In this document: positions 52,965-64,000 of the stretch, piece by piece | Position numbering within the stretch: position 1 is the stretch's first letter | Layout: each line of letters begins with the position of its first letter | From: Octopus sinensis | Taxonomy: Eukaryota | Direction: 5' to 3' | Assembly (NCBI RefSeq): GCF_006345805.1 | Contig: NC_043001.1 | Span: 15,500,001-15,564,000, forward strand | Length of the DNA: 64,000 nt | Position numbers and translations under genes: made by a program | The notes under the pieces: model-generated | Seen by the model: the letters and a program-made list of their open reading frames with translations, nothing else | What the model was told of the DNA's origin: nothing | Databases searched by the model: none

Positions 52965-53353
52965 TATAATATATATATATATATAGTGTGTGTGTGCGTG
53001 GAGGTGCAATGGCCCAGTGGTTAGGGCAGCGGATTCGCGGTCATACGATCGCGGCTTCGATTCCCAGAGTGTTTATTGAGCGAAAACACTTAAAGCTCCT
53101 GTTTCTGTTGTACCTGTATTTCTGAAGGTCCAGCCTTGTCACACTCTGTGTCACGCTGAATCTCCCCGAGAACTATGTTAAGGGTACATGTATCTGTGGA
53201 GTGCTCAGCCACTTGCACGTTAATTTCACGAGCAGGCTGTTCCGTTGATCGGATTAAGCGGAACCCTCGTCGTCGTAACCGACGGATTGCCGTAATGTGT
53301 GTTTATGTGTATACACACACACACACACACACGACATGCTTCTTTCAGTTTCC

Positions 53354-53933
53354 TATTTCTTTGCTGCTCACAAGGGGCTAAACACATAGTTGGGCAAACA
53401 AGGACAGACAAATGGGTTAATTCGATTATATCGACCCCAGTGCGTAACTGGTACTTATTTAATCGACTCCGAAATGATGAAAGGTAAAGTCGACTTCGGC
53501 GGCAGACGAAATACCTATTTCTTTACTACCCACAAGGGGCTAAACACAGAGAGGACAAACAAAGACAGACAAGCGGATGAAGTCGATTGTATCGACCTCA
53601 GTGTGTAACTGGTACTTATTTAATCGACCCTGAAAGGATGAAAGGTAAAGTCAACCTCGGCGGAATTTGAACTCACAACGTAACGGCAGACGAAATACCT
53701 ATTTCTTTACTACCCACAAGGGGCTAAACACAGAGAGGACAAACAAGGACAGACAAACGGATTAACTCGATTACATCGACCCCAGTGTGTAACTGGTACT
53801 TATTTAATCGACCCTGAAAGGATGAAAGGTAAAGTCAACCTCGGCGGAATTTGAACTCACAACGTAACGGCAGACGAAATACCGCTAAGCATTTCACCCG
53901 GCGTGCTAACGGTTCTGCCAGCTCACTGCCTTG
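53354..53933 (-). mobile_element. SINE family B trimer with 17-bp TSD
   Basis: Junction motif at 53352, 53514 and 53698; tgcttctttcagtttcc at 53337-53353 and 53934-53950. Confidence 0.9.
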
Positions 53934-54218
53934 TGCTTCTTTCAGTTTCCGCCATGCTAATCTTCTCTGTATCGTTCCAATCCTGAAGAAAAATGGACAC
54001 ATCGGATAATGTATTCTTAGATACCCTTTGGAATGTCTTTAGTCATGACCGGCCGCGAAGTTTTTTTCCGACGAGAGTTCCGGACCCCAGTTATGAACTC
54101 ATTTGCATACAGCCAATCAGAGCTCAACTATCAAACTAATTTATGAGCACATAACAAGTGAGATTTGGCTATTGTTTCTCACAAGTCGAACCGCTATATA
54201 GACCAAAGGTAAGTATTG

Positions 54219-54643
54219 GATCTTTTCGGTTTGAACGGCAGTTTTTTCTAGCGGTGTCATATGAAATTGTCATCCATAATTATGACCCTAGTATCGATCT
54301 ATTGCATTTCAATCTGTTTTAGGGTTAGGGTTGGTTAGGGTTAGGGGTGGGGGAAGGGTATCTTTTTTCTTCAGAAATGTAAATAAACCCAATCTGTTTC
54401 TTAAACGAGGGACATATTCATACGGCACAGAATGTTTTTTTTACCTCAATAGACGTCAGTGATTGGTTGAAATTGCAGAAATTGAAAAAAACAACAACGA
54501 ATATCTTACAAACTATAGAATTTTCTCAATAAAGCCAAGAGAAAAAGATGTTTTATAAACACATTCTACCAGTATACGAAGTTTAAAAGTGTTTAGTTAC
54601 GTGGAAATTATTTTTAAAAACTGCCGTTCAAACCGAAAAGATC
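54219..54643. mobile_element. MITE with 28-bp TIRs and internal TTAGGG repeats
   Basis: gatcttttcggtttgaacggcagttttt and its exact complement; ttagggttagggttggttagggttagggg at 54319-54346. Confidence 0.85.
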
Positions 54644-55365
54644 TTAAGTATCAAACTCGTTTGGCTTGGCGGGACGCATTAAAGATTAAAATGGAATTTG
54701 CAGCCGAATAGGGGCAGTCGTTCGTGAAAGCCTTATTCATAATATGAGCCGCAAATAAACGGATAATGGAGTGAATATACAGTCATTCGTTAGGCTATTC
54801 TGATCCTTCAGTTAACTATCTTATATAATACAGTTCTACTTACAATGTCACAAGATATATGATGAGATGGTCACGACTGGAACGCCTTTGATCATAGGTT
54901 TACTCGGCCTGAGCAGAGGTGGGATTAAAAAAAGCCACTAACACAGCTCAAGGAAGAGCGACTAATGCCATCTACTGGCAAGAGAAAAGAAAGGTCACTC
55001 AAGAACAGTTAACTCTGACATGATCGTCTGCAAAAAAATCTGAGCTTCAACTGATAAGTGACGATGAGAGAAAAAGACATATCGTCTGATGGCATCTTGC
55101 TGATGTTTCTCTATACATCGTTTAAATTGAAGCGAAGCAAGAAGATTTTCATCACGAAATTGAAGAGAAAAGAAAGAACGGTTGCGGAAACATGTGTATA
55201 TAATGAATAAATGTTGAGGTTTTGTGAATATATGCTGGTATTATAATAAGTGTGTGTGTATATGTGTGTGTGTATATGTGTGTGTGAAGAGATATGTATA
55301 TACGTATACAACTACACATAAATGTGTGTATAGATATAGTACGTAAATATTTGTGTATGTGTATG

Positions 55366-55491
55366 TGTGAGTATGTATAAGTATTTATACATATTTGTAT
55401 GTGTATGATTGTGTGTGTGTGCGTGTATATATATATGTATATATATCATATATACGCATAAATAAACTTATGTATATATATATATATATAA

Positions 55492-55530
<39 letters not shown>

Positions 55531-55812
55531 AGTATGTATAAGTACTTATACATATTTGTATGTATATGATTGTGTGTGCATATACATGTGTGTGTGTGCG
55601 TGCGTGTGTATAAATACATGTATATATATCATATATACACATAAATAAACTTATGTATATATATGTCTGCGTGTGTGTGTGTGTGTGTGTGAGTATGTAT
55701 AAGTACTTATACATATTTGTATGTGTAGGATTGTGTGTGCATATACACGTGTGTGCGTGTGCGTGTGTATAAATATATGTATATATATCGTATATACACA
55801 TAAATAAACTTA
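55366..55812. repeat. Minisatellite, about 3 units of about 160 bp built from microsatellite-like sequence
   Basis: Repeated gtgagtatgtataagtacttatacatatttgtatg ... cataaataaactta. Confidence 0.85.
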
Positions 55813-56896
55813 CATGTTAAACACCATCCCTTTCTCCGGGTTTTCCTAAAAAACAAAATTACCATCGAATATATTAGAGTGCGCACTAATTATCCATGAA
55901 TACATAAAATAATGTGTAGAAATATATACGTTGCACACTCACATACTCACAGCTGCATGCGTATATATATATACGCATACACACGAGGGGTATGTACGTT
56001 TATATGTAATAGTTGGGTTGGTGGGTAATCTACAATGATAGAGGCAAAGCTACGAGTGGTAGTCTTTTTCTCTCAGCAGTCGATAACTGAGACATTGTAT
56101 CATCCTAAATACAATCAACCTTACAAGATGGGGATCAGTTAAGAGCACTCGCTGACAACGTAAGACGAGAGCCTTCGCTTGCCAACCCACCGGTTCCGCT
56201 ACTAAATGTAGGTTATACCTTCATGTAAGCTCCAATTAAAATAACCGACCGTCATTATTCATATATCGAGGTTCAATTCTATATTTTGCTTCAGTACTTC
56301 AGAAATCAGATATTCTTTAATTATCCCTTTTTTTTTCTTTTTTTGGCTAGGCAGGGGTTTCTTATAATTCTATCTTTCTATTTTCATATAGATATATTCA
56401 TTAATTCCGACCCCCAAGAATACAGGGGAGAGTACGTAAGTGAGTGAGAGAGAGACAGACAGACAGACAGTGTGTGTGTGTGAGGTAACGAGCAAGAGAA
56501 AAAAGTACTTGATAACTGAAGTGGAATACAGATAATTTAATTCAGTCAGCCGAACCTTATGGTTTCCATGCGCACAGGGATACCCGTTTCGTCAGACAGT
56601 TTGGGCTAGAATATACCTCTAACCCTACCCACTGAAAAACCCAAGATGACGAATGGACCATAGACATCTAACTGGTTAGCACAGATCTTATGTTGGTGTG
56701 ATCGGCAAGCCAGTGACTTCTTATAAACCTCAAGCTTAAGAACCGAGAAGAAATTCCATAGTTATTCGTGTATACGCCGCACCCCTAATTTAGTGTCAAA
56801 TCTTTGTATAATTTGGTTTTCCCTTTCATAGTATTAACTTTTTTTCTTGTGTATAAGTGGCACCATTCATTACGGACTCACCGTTAGCATTAAAAA

Positions 56897-57308
56897 GATA
56901 GAAGTGGTGTTTTAGTTTAAATATGGCATTCTACTTCGTGGTTCGATCCCAAACGCAAGGAAAAACTCGATATCGGAGAAAAATTCCACAATCTCCAAGA
57001 ATGGAGTTTCTTCTTACAGAAAAATCCTCGTTGATAGAAGTGATGCTTTAGTTTAAATTTGGCATTCTACTTCGTGGTTCGATCCCAAACGCAAGGAAAA
57101 ACTCGATATCGGAGAAAAATTCCACAATCTCGAAGAATGGAGTTTCTTCTTACAGAAAAATCCTCGTTGATAGAAATGATGCTTTAGTTTAAATTTGGCA
57201 TTCTACTTCATGGTTCGATCCCAAACGCAAGGGAAAACTCGGTGTCGGAGAAAAATTCCACAATCTCGAAGAATGGAGTTTCTTCTTACAGAAAAATCCT
57301 CGTTGATA
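56897..57308. repeat. Tandem repeat, 3 x 136 bp
   Basis: gatagaa starts at 56897, 57033 and 57169; units nearly identical. Confidence 0.95.
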
Positions 57309-58184
57309 ATGAGATCATTGTGCAGATATGCAAAACGTGCAGATATGCATTGCTTTCTGAAGACTGCAACGTTGATCTGTTCGCGAGGAAAGATTTAATA
57401 AATTTGGGCTTCGTTCACAGCATTCCGGTTTCGTTGTTGGAAACTGGATGAAACTCGTCGCGCGCGCGCGCGCCCATGTGTTTGTCTTGACAATGTGATT
57501 GTCGTAAATGAATGCTACCTATTTCTTTACTACCCACAAGGGGCTAAACACAGAGAGGACAAACAAGGACAGACAAACGGATTAAGTCGATTACATCAAC
57601 CCCAGTGCGTAACTGGTACTTATTTTAATCGGCCCCGAAAGGATGAAAGGCAAAGTCGACCTCGGCAGAATTTGAACTCAGAACGTAGAGGCAGACGAAA
57701 TACCGCTACGCATTTCGTCCGGCGTGCTAACGTTTCTGCCAGCTCCCCGCCTTAATTCATTGTAAATGAATGCTACCGTCATACAAGCGGTGTTGTTCAT
57801 TACCAATCTTCTGTGAAAACATTTCCAGTCATGGTAAAATGTTACCATACCAACATTATTATTCAAATTTACGTCACTAGACTCTTTGGGTTGCTTCCCT
57901 TAGTTTCTTTTTCTTTTAAAAGGAAATGATTCCAAGATTTTTTTCTATATGGTAAATTATCAGGTGCAAAGAAGCGGGGACGGGGGTCAGTGATATGCTG
58001 ATGGGGTCAAAACAGGTGTCCAAACCAGTCCCTCACCTTCCAAACAAAGAGGGATTTGTCCTTTTTTTTACGTACGTTTACTCAACCGTGAAAACAGTCT
58101 TAATTTCTAGAAATTATCATCTCTTCTTATTCAGAGATATTGGCAATTTCCGCTTTTGTGGCAATTGTTAATAACACAAGGGCA

Positions 58185-58410
58185 ACACACACACACACGC
58201 AACGCATGCACACACATACACATGCACACACACACACATACGCAACGCACACACACACATACACACGCACGCAACGCTTGCACAAGACACATGCGCTCAC
58301 ACACACGCACACATACACACGCGCGCACACACATACACGCAACGCACATATTCACACACGCACGCACACACACATACACACGCACGCACACACACACACA
58401 CACACACTGT
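58185..58410. repeat. (CA/CG)n microsatellite
   Basis: Direct reading. Confidence 0.9.
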
Positions 58411-59466
58411 ACAAACGCGTACAAATCGACGTATGCTAATACTTATGCGTTCTCACAAGGACCGATACGTGCAGAGCAGACATTAATATTTATTATTTCA
58501 ATAAAGCAAATTTCATCCATTTTGCTCACACAGACACATCCGGTTTGTGTGTAGTTGTATGCGTAAACCGGAAGTGATGTAATTGAAAATTCCCACATTA
58601 ACAAATTTCGTTGTGTGTGTGTGTGTGATTTAAAAATTTATATAAAGGAAATACGACAGGTCTCAAATTTGATGGAGGAGCAAACAGTTCATTCTGTCAT
58701 CACTAGTAATTGCCAGGTACTTAATTTGATCAACTCCAGAATGAGGGAAGGCAAAGCTGAGTTGATCTTAAGATTTGAACCTAAGGACAGGTAATCACCT
58801 AGAAACCTGGGTCTGTGAGTATCACGTAAGACTAAGGATGAGAGCGATGACCTCCCTTGCAAATGCTATACGGACACAGACTGTGTGTCGATAGCCAACT
58901 GGAAAAGCTGTTTGTTTTTTTCTTTTCTGGGGCTGAAACAACAGTGTGGAGGCGCAATGGCCTAGTGGTTAGGTCAGCAGACTCGTGGTCGGAGGATTGC
59001 GGTTTCGATTCCCAGACCGGGCGTTGTGTGTGTATTTATTGAGCGAAAACACCTAAAAGCTCCACGATGCTCCAGCAGGGGGTGGTGGCGACTCCTGTTG
59101 TACTCTTTTGCCACAACTTTCTCTCACTCTCTCTTCCTGTTTCTTGAGTCACGCTGCGATGGACTGGCGTCCCGTCCAGCTGGGGGAAACACATACGCCA
59201 CAGAAACCGGGCCCATGAGCCTGGCTAGGCTTGAAAAGGGCGTAAAAGAGAAAACAAAAACAACAGTAACATCGTCCTGTATAGGACTGCCACATTTTGT
59301 TGGCGTATAAACATTACTATTCGGTACTGTTACTGTATATCTCTCGCTTCTCTTCTATCTTTTCTCTTATCAAAGAAAATATTTCTCCAGCGTTCTCTAT
59401 TGTGTTGTTTGTGTAGTAAGCTACGAATTTCTTACATTCTCTCGATTTCCTGTAATTCAGGAAGCC

Positions 59467-59709
59467 TCATGGTCCCAGCAGAAAAAAAATGGAATAGACG
59501 TTACCCCAAGAGGTGGTGAAAGTAATGCGCTGGAACAACCACTCTGACTCACGGGACTTGCAGAAAGCCACCTCCGCCTTTAACGCGGTGAGCAAGTATA
59601 CGGTCCAGGGGCCGAGAACGCCGGAGATCTCCACTACCACAGGCTCGATCATGAACCTGTCAGAGAGCTTTGTGTTGTTGGCAAGTATTTTACTTGCTCC
59701 ACAGTCCAA
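59467..59709 (-). pseudogene. C-terminus of a restriction-like-endonuclease (RLE) non-LTR retrotransposon, CRE-like
   Basis: LSDRFMIEPVVVEISGVLGP...RESEWLFQRITFTTSWGNVYSI matches the F.P.AVET.G..G...E..WL.QR.S....RGNA tail of CRE-clade elements. Confidence 0.7.
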
Positions 59710-60332
59710 CTGACGTTATTACTTTTCCTCTTTCCTCCCCACCCCTCTCTTTCAGACGAAGAGCGTCGTCCCAAAATATTAGTTGCTTCACGGCAATATA
59801 ATTTACGTTCTCCCCAAAACTAATTCTACGAAACCACAGTTTCTTCTCATTTCAGTTTTTACTTTGCTAAATCTTATAGTACACTGGAGACCTGCCAGCG
59901 ACTATACCACCACGACTACCACCAATTACAACTGTTTTAATATTTTGCAAGGATATATTTCAGTTTGTGCTATTTATTTTAACATATCAGACAGCGAGCT
60001 TGCAGAATCGTTAACACGCTGGAAAAATGCTTAGCGGCATTTCTTCCGTTCTTTACGTTCTGAGTTCAACTCCGCGAAGGTCAACTTCGACATTCATTCT
60101 TTAGGGGTCAATAACAATAAGTACAGTCAAGTACTGGAGTCCATGTAATATACTTACTCCCACCCCGAAAATTATTGGCCTTGTACCAAAATTTGATGCA
60201 ATTACTGTTTTATAACTTTAAAAGAACAACGAAAAAGCCGCAAACTCTTTACAACAGCGGTTTTTAAACACGGCTCCCAGGGCCATACGCGACCTTCAGG
60301 CACCCTCGACAGTCTTCGCTCAATAAATATAT

Positions 60333-60721
60333 ACTAGCAGTATCGCCCGGCGTTGCTCGGGTTTGTTTCGACCCTTTAGAATTGAAATTTTTGAAAAGTA
60401 AAAATCTTGCATTATGTAGCTTGTTATTCTCTTTAAGTGAACATTTTTCTGGTTGAAATACAACGAAAAATGGCGACACAGCAGTCAAAAAATCGTAAAA
60501 AATAGGGATTTTCATAGAAAAAAAAGCACTTTTTTGATGTGAATAATTTTTGGTGTTAACATGGTCCGATTTGAATTTTGTCTTCTACGGAAGGAAGAGC
60601 AAGCCTTCTTCTATCATACTCTCAATTTTGGTCAACTTCGGGTACACAGGGTCTCGGAGATGGTGTTAGTTGAAGGCTACCAAGCCTGCCATACACAGAC
60701 TTCAGCTTTATATATATAGAT
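60333..60721 (+). mobile_element. Non-autonomous Helentron/DINE-like element
   Basis: ACTAGCAGTATCGCCCGGCGTTGCTCGGG ... cagctttatatatatagat. Confidence 0.65.
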
Positions 60722-61498
60722 TGTTCTTTTAAGTGACTTGCGTTTTACTTTTTCTTTTTTTTTTGGTGCGTTCCTCCAAGTAAAATCTAGATTTTGGATC
60801 TAACCCGGATATTAAAATGGATGAGAACCATTGCTTAAGAGTGTCGGAGAAAAAATGCTTTGCGGTATTTGTGTTCTGGGTTCAGATCTCGCTGAGGTCA
60901 ACTTTGCGTTTCCGGGGTCCGATTAGATACCAAACAAGTCATTCTCGGGCGTGCTAGCTCCCACCGTTAGTGCAGGGAAAACATTATTAACTGTACCTAT
61001 TTCTTTACTACCCCTCAAGGGGTTACACACAGAGGGGACAGACAAACGGATTAAGTCAATTATATCGACCCCAGTGCGTAACTGGTAATTAATTTATCGA
61101 CCCTGAAAGGATGAAAGGCAAAGTCGACCTCGGCGGAATTTGAACTCAGAACGTAGCGGCAGACGAAATACTGCTAAGCATTTCGCCCGGCGTGCTAACG
61201 TTTCTGCCAGCCCGCCGCCTTAATTATTAACTGCACCGTCCTAAGCAAGGGTATTTACCTGTAGCCCTCGAGCAAAAGGTAACGGCATTAGCAAATAGTT
61301 CCTGAGGATTTTGACATTCGGTGTTTTAAATTCTGGAACAAGAATTTTTGTTAAACGTAGCTCTGTAATAATGTGAGAGAGCAAATTCTGTCATGCACGC
61401 GTTCGTGCATTCATTTACTCATGCGTTCACTCGATCGCTCACTCGCTCACGAATTCACTCGCTCACTCGAGGGAGCTTCTATATAGTCGTTTGACCTA

Positions 61499-61890
61499 AT
61501 CTCTCTATATATAAAGCTGAAGTTGTCTGTGTATGGCAGATTTGGTAGCTTTCAACTAACACTATCTTCTCCGAGACCCTGCGGCGGAAGTTGACCAAAA
61601 TTGAGAGTATGATAGAAGGCTTGCTCTTCCTTCTGTGGAAGAAAAAATTCAAATCGGACCATGTTAACACCAAAAATTATTAACATCGAAAAGGTGCCCT
61701 TTTTTTCTATGAAAATCCCTATTGTTTACGATTTTTTGCTGCTGTGTCGACATTTTTCGATGTATTTCAACCAGAAAAATGTTCACTTAAAGAGAATAAC
61801 AAGCTACATAATGCAGAATTTTTACTTTTCAAAAATTCCAATTCTAAAGGGTCGAAACAAACCCGAGCAACGCCGGGTGATGCTGCTAGT
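61499..61890 (-). mobile_element. Non-autonomous Helentron/DINE-like element (inverted sister copy)
   Basis: Reverse complement aligns over the full length with 60333-60721. Confidence 0.65.
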
Positions 61891-62609
61891 ACAAATAACA
61901 ATCCAAATAATAATGAAATCACACCTTACCACCTTAACAAAATGTCCGTTTAGTCCTAAATACATTGCTTGAATAAAAGACAAGATGGTCATGCAGAGTT
62001 AGAATGTTTTTTTATGCTAGTCCTGTCCGATCAACGCTGCTCTGGAGTTAAACAACAACAAAATTAACAAAAGCCATTAAAATATTAAAAAGCTTGGAAA
62101 CTGAAATTTATTGACACTTATTCTCGTATAAAAAAACCGTTGTTTTATCTGGGTGAAAAAGTACACAACACCTACCCAGAATTTTGTTGAAAAATTATCA
62201 ATTTTTTTTTTGTATAAAAAACTTTCTTTGTAATGTTAAAATTTCATTTAGCCAATAATATTTACATAAGTGGAAACAAACTACAAAATATACAACTACG
62301 TATGAAAATCGTCACACACTCACACATACGTACGCGCTGAGGTATGTGTATTTGTGAATATGTATGATGTGATAAAAACGTAATTGCATGTATATGGTTG
62401 TGTATGTAGAGTGAAATTACTCACAGGCACATAGGTATACAACTGCAAAATGCTTAGTGAATACGTATTCGTGTGTACAGTTATATAAACATTAAAAAAA
62501 ACACGCACATATATGAGAGAGAGAGAGTATGCGTGTGTTTTGTTGAAACGGAAGATAGAGTACTCAACGCGTTTTGTAGAGTTTATATTGAGATAAAACT
62601 TGACGTATT

Positions 62610-63342
62610 AGGATCTTTACTTTTTGACCGACAGATTTAAAAACTAATTTTCCTTAACTAAACACTTTGAAACTTCGTATACTGGTAGAATGTGTCATAC
62701 AGAGCATCTTTTACTCTTAGCGTTGTTGAGAAAATTCTGTATATTGGAAGTTATTTTTTGTTAAAGTAGTCGTATTTCGGTAATTTCAACCAATCAATGA
62801 CGTGTATTCAGCTGAATAAAATTACTGCTGTTGTTTGTCAACAACAACTTTCGGCGGTGTATATTTCGTTTGTCACTGTTATTTACGACATATTTCATCT
62901 GTTTCGTTCGTATGAATAAACGAGTCTATCTGAAGCATGTTTACTTCATGACACCACCACAATCGTTCGTGCTTTATTTTTCATTTTTTCCCCGTAACTC
63001 TAACCATAAAACCCCAACCCTAAAACCTTAAAGCTAAAACCAGTACAAACGCACAAACGATGTCATAAATAACCGTGAAAAACGAAATATACACCGCCGA
63101 TAGTTGTTGTTGACAAACAACGGCAGTAATTTTATTCGGCTGAATACACGTCATTGATTGGTTGAAATAACCGAAATACGACTACTTTAACAAAAAATAA
63201 CTTCCAACATACAGAATTTTCTCAACAACGCCAAGAGTAAAAGATGTTTTATATGATACATTCTACCAGTGTCCGAAGTTTGAAAGTGTTTAGTTAGAAA
63301 AAAATTATTTTTTAAATCTGTCGGTCAAAAGGTAAAGATCCT
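62610..63342. mobile_element. Foldback-type MITE
   Basis: About 282-bp inverted arms at 62610-62891 and 63060-63342; termini aggatctttac / gtaaagatcct; degenerate CCCTAA-like repeats in the spacer. Confidence 0.9.
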
Positions 63343-64000
63343 CAGATCCTCGTATTACTTAAAATTTCAAACATATGAAAAAAAAGAAAAGAAAAAAAAG
63401 CCAGATCGTTCGAATGCTTGACTCTCTGGGTTAATCATCCGAACTCTTTCTGACTTTTGTGAAACTTTAACAATGTAATCTCAGTGAAAGTATTAAAGCG
63501 AATTATGTACACGTTTTTAGGCACAAATGAGGGAAAACGTATACGATGCATGTAGTTTATTTATTTGAAAGAAACTGAAAGTTTTCTCGCTGTCAGACGA
63601 GGACAACATCTTCCAAAACCCTTTGTAAAACTGAACGGTTCGTGTGTAGCGAGAACAATCTTTCGGATAAAATATATATTTGTGTATATATCAATACATA
63701 CATGTTTATATAGACATGTATATTTATATAAATGCATAGGCGCAATGTTTCTTTTTACTTTTTTTTTTGCCTTTTCTTTTCATAGAAACTAGAAAAGAAT
63801 GATTCATTTGAATATTGAGATATACAGCAAAAAAAGTCGTGTGTCGCGCGCGCACGCATACACACGCGCGTGAAAATACTGAGTTAAAAACCCTTTGGAT
63901 GGAAAAGGTCGAAGGGTGCCTGTGAAATATTTTCTATTGAAAAAGATTTTAACCTAATATTACTTCGATATTGACCGATCCTAAGTTTCTAAATTCTTAA

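Noticed and set aside
58567-58580. ETS-like AACCGGAAGTG motif
   Set aside because: Single short motif with no promoter context.

Overview
Eukaryotic, AT-rich, repeat-saturated window with extreme microsatellite density. The SINE families look like those of Octopus (coleoid cephalopod); this is recognition, not a database result. No host protein-coding gene, rRNA, tRNA or CRISPR array can be supported, and most of the supplied ORFs are microsatellite artefacts, so the window is most likely intronic or intergenic. Contents: (1) three abundant tRNA-derived SINE families, one forming head-plus-multi-body tandem arrays; (2) many Penelope-like element (PLE) remnants, including GIY-YIG endonuclease fragments and several unrelated minimal type-I hammerhead ribozyme motifs, often in head-to-head palindromes; (3) decayed LINE pieces (CR1/L2 3' end, CRE-type restriction-like endonuclease end, RTE-like and Jockey/I-like RT scraps); (4) two internally deleted Tc1/mariner elements, hAT MITEs with 8-bp TSDs, foldback MITEs with telomere-like centres and Helentron/DINE-like elements; (5) 120-160 bp minisatellites and a ~290-bp templated inverted insertion. 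The most interesting signals are the hammerhead-bearing palindromes, including a family with a U at core position 6, and SINE multimers enclosed by one TSD whose units share private variants. All coordinates and alignments were made by eye.
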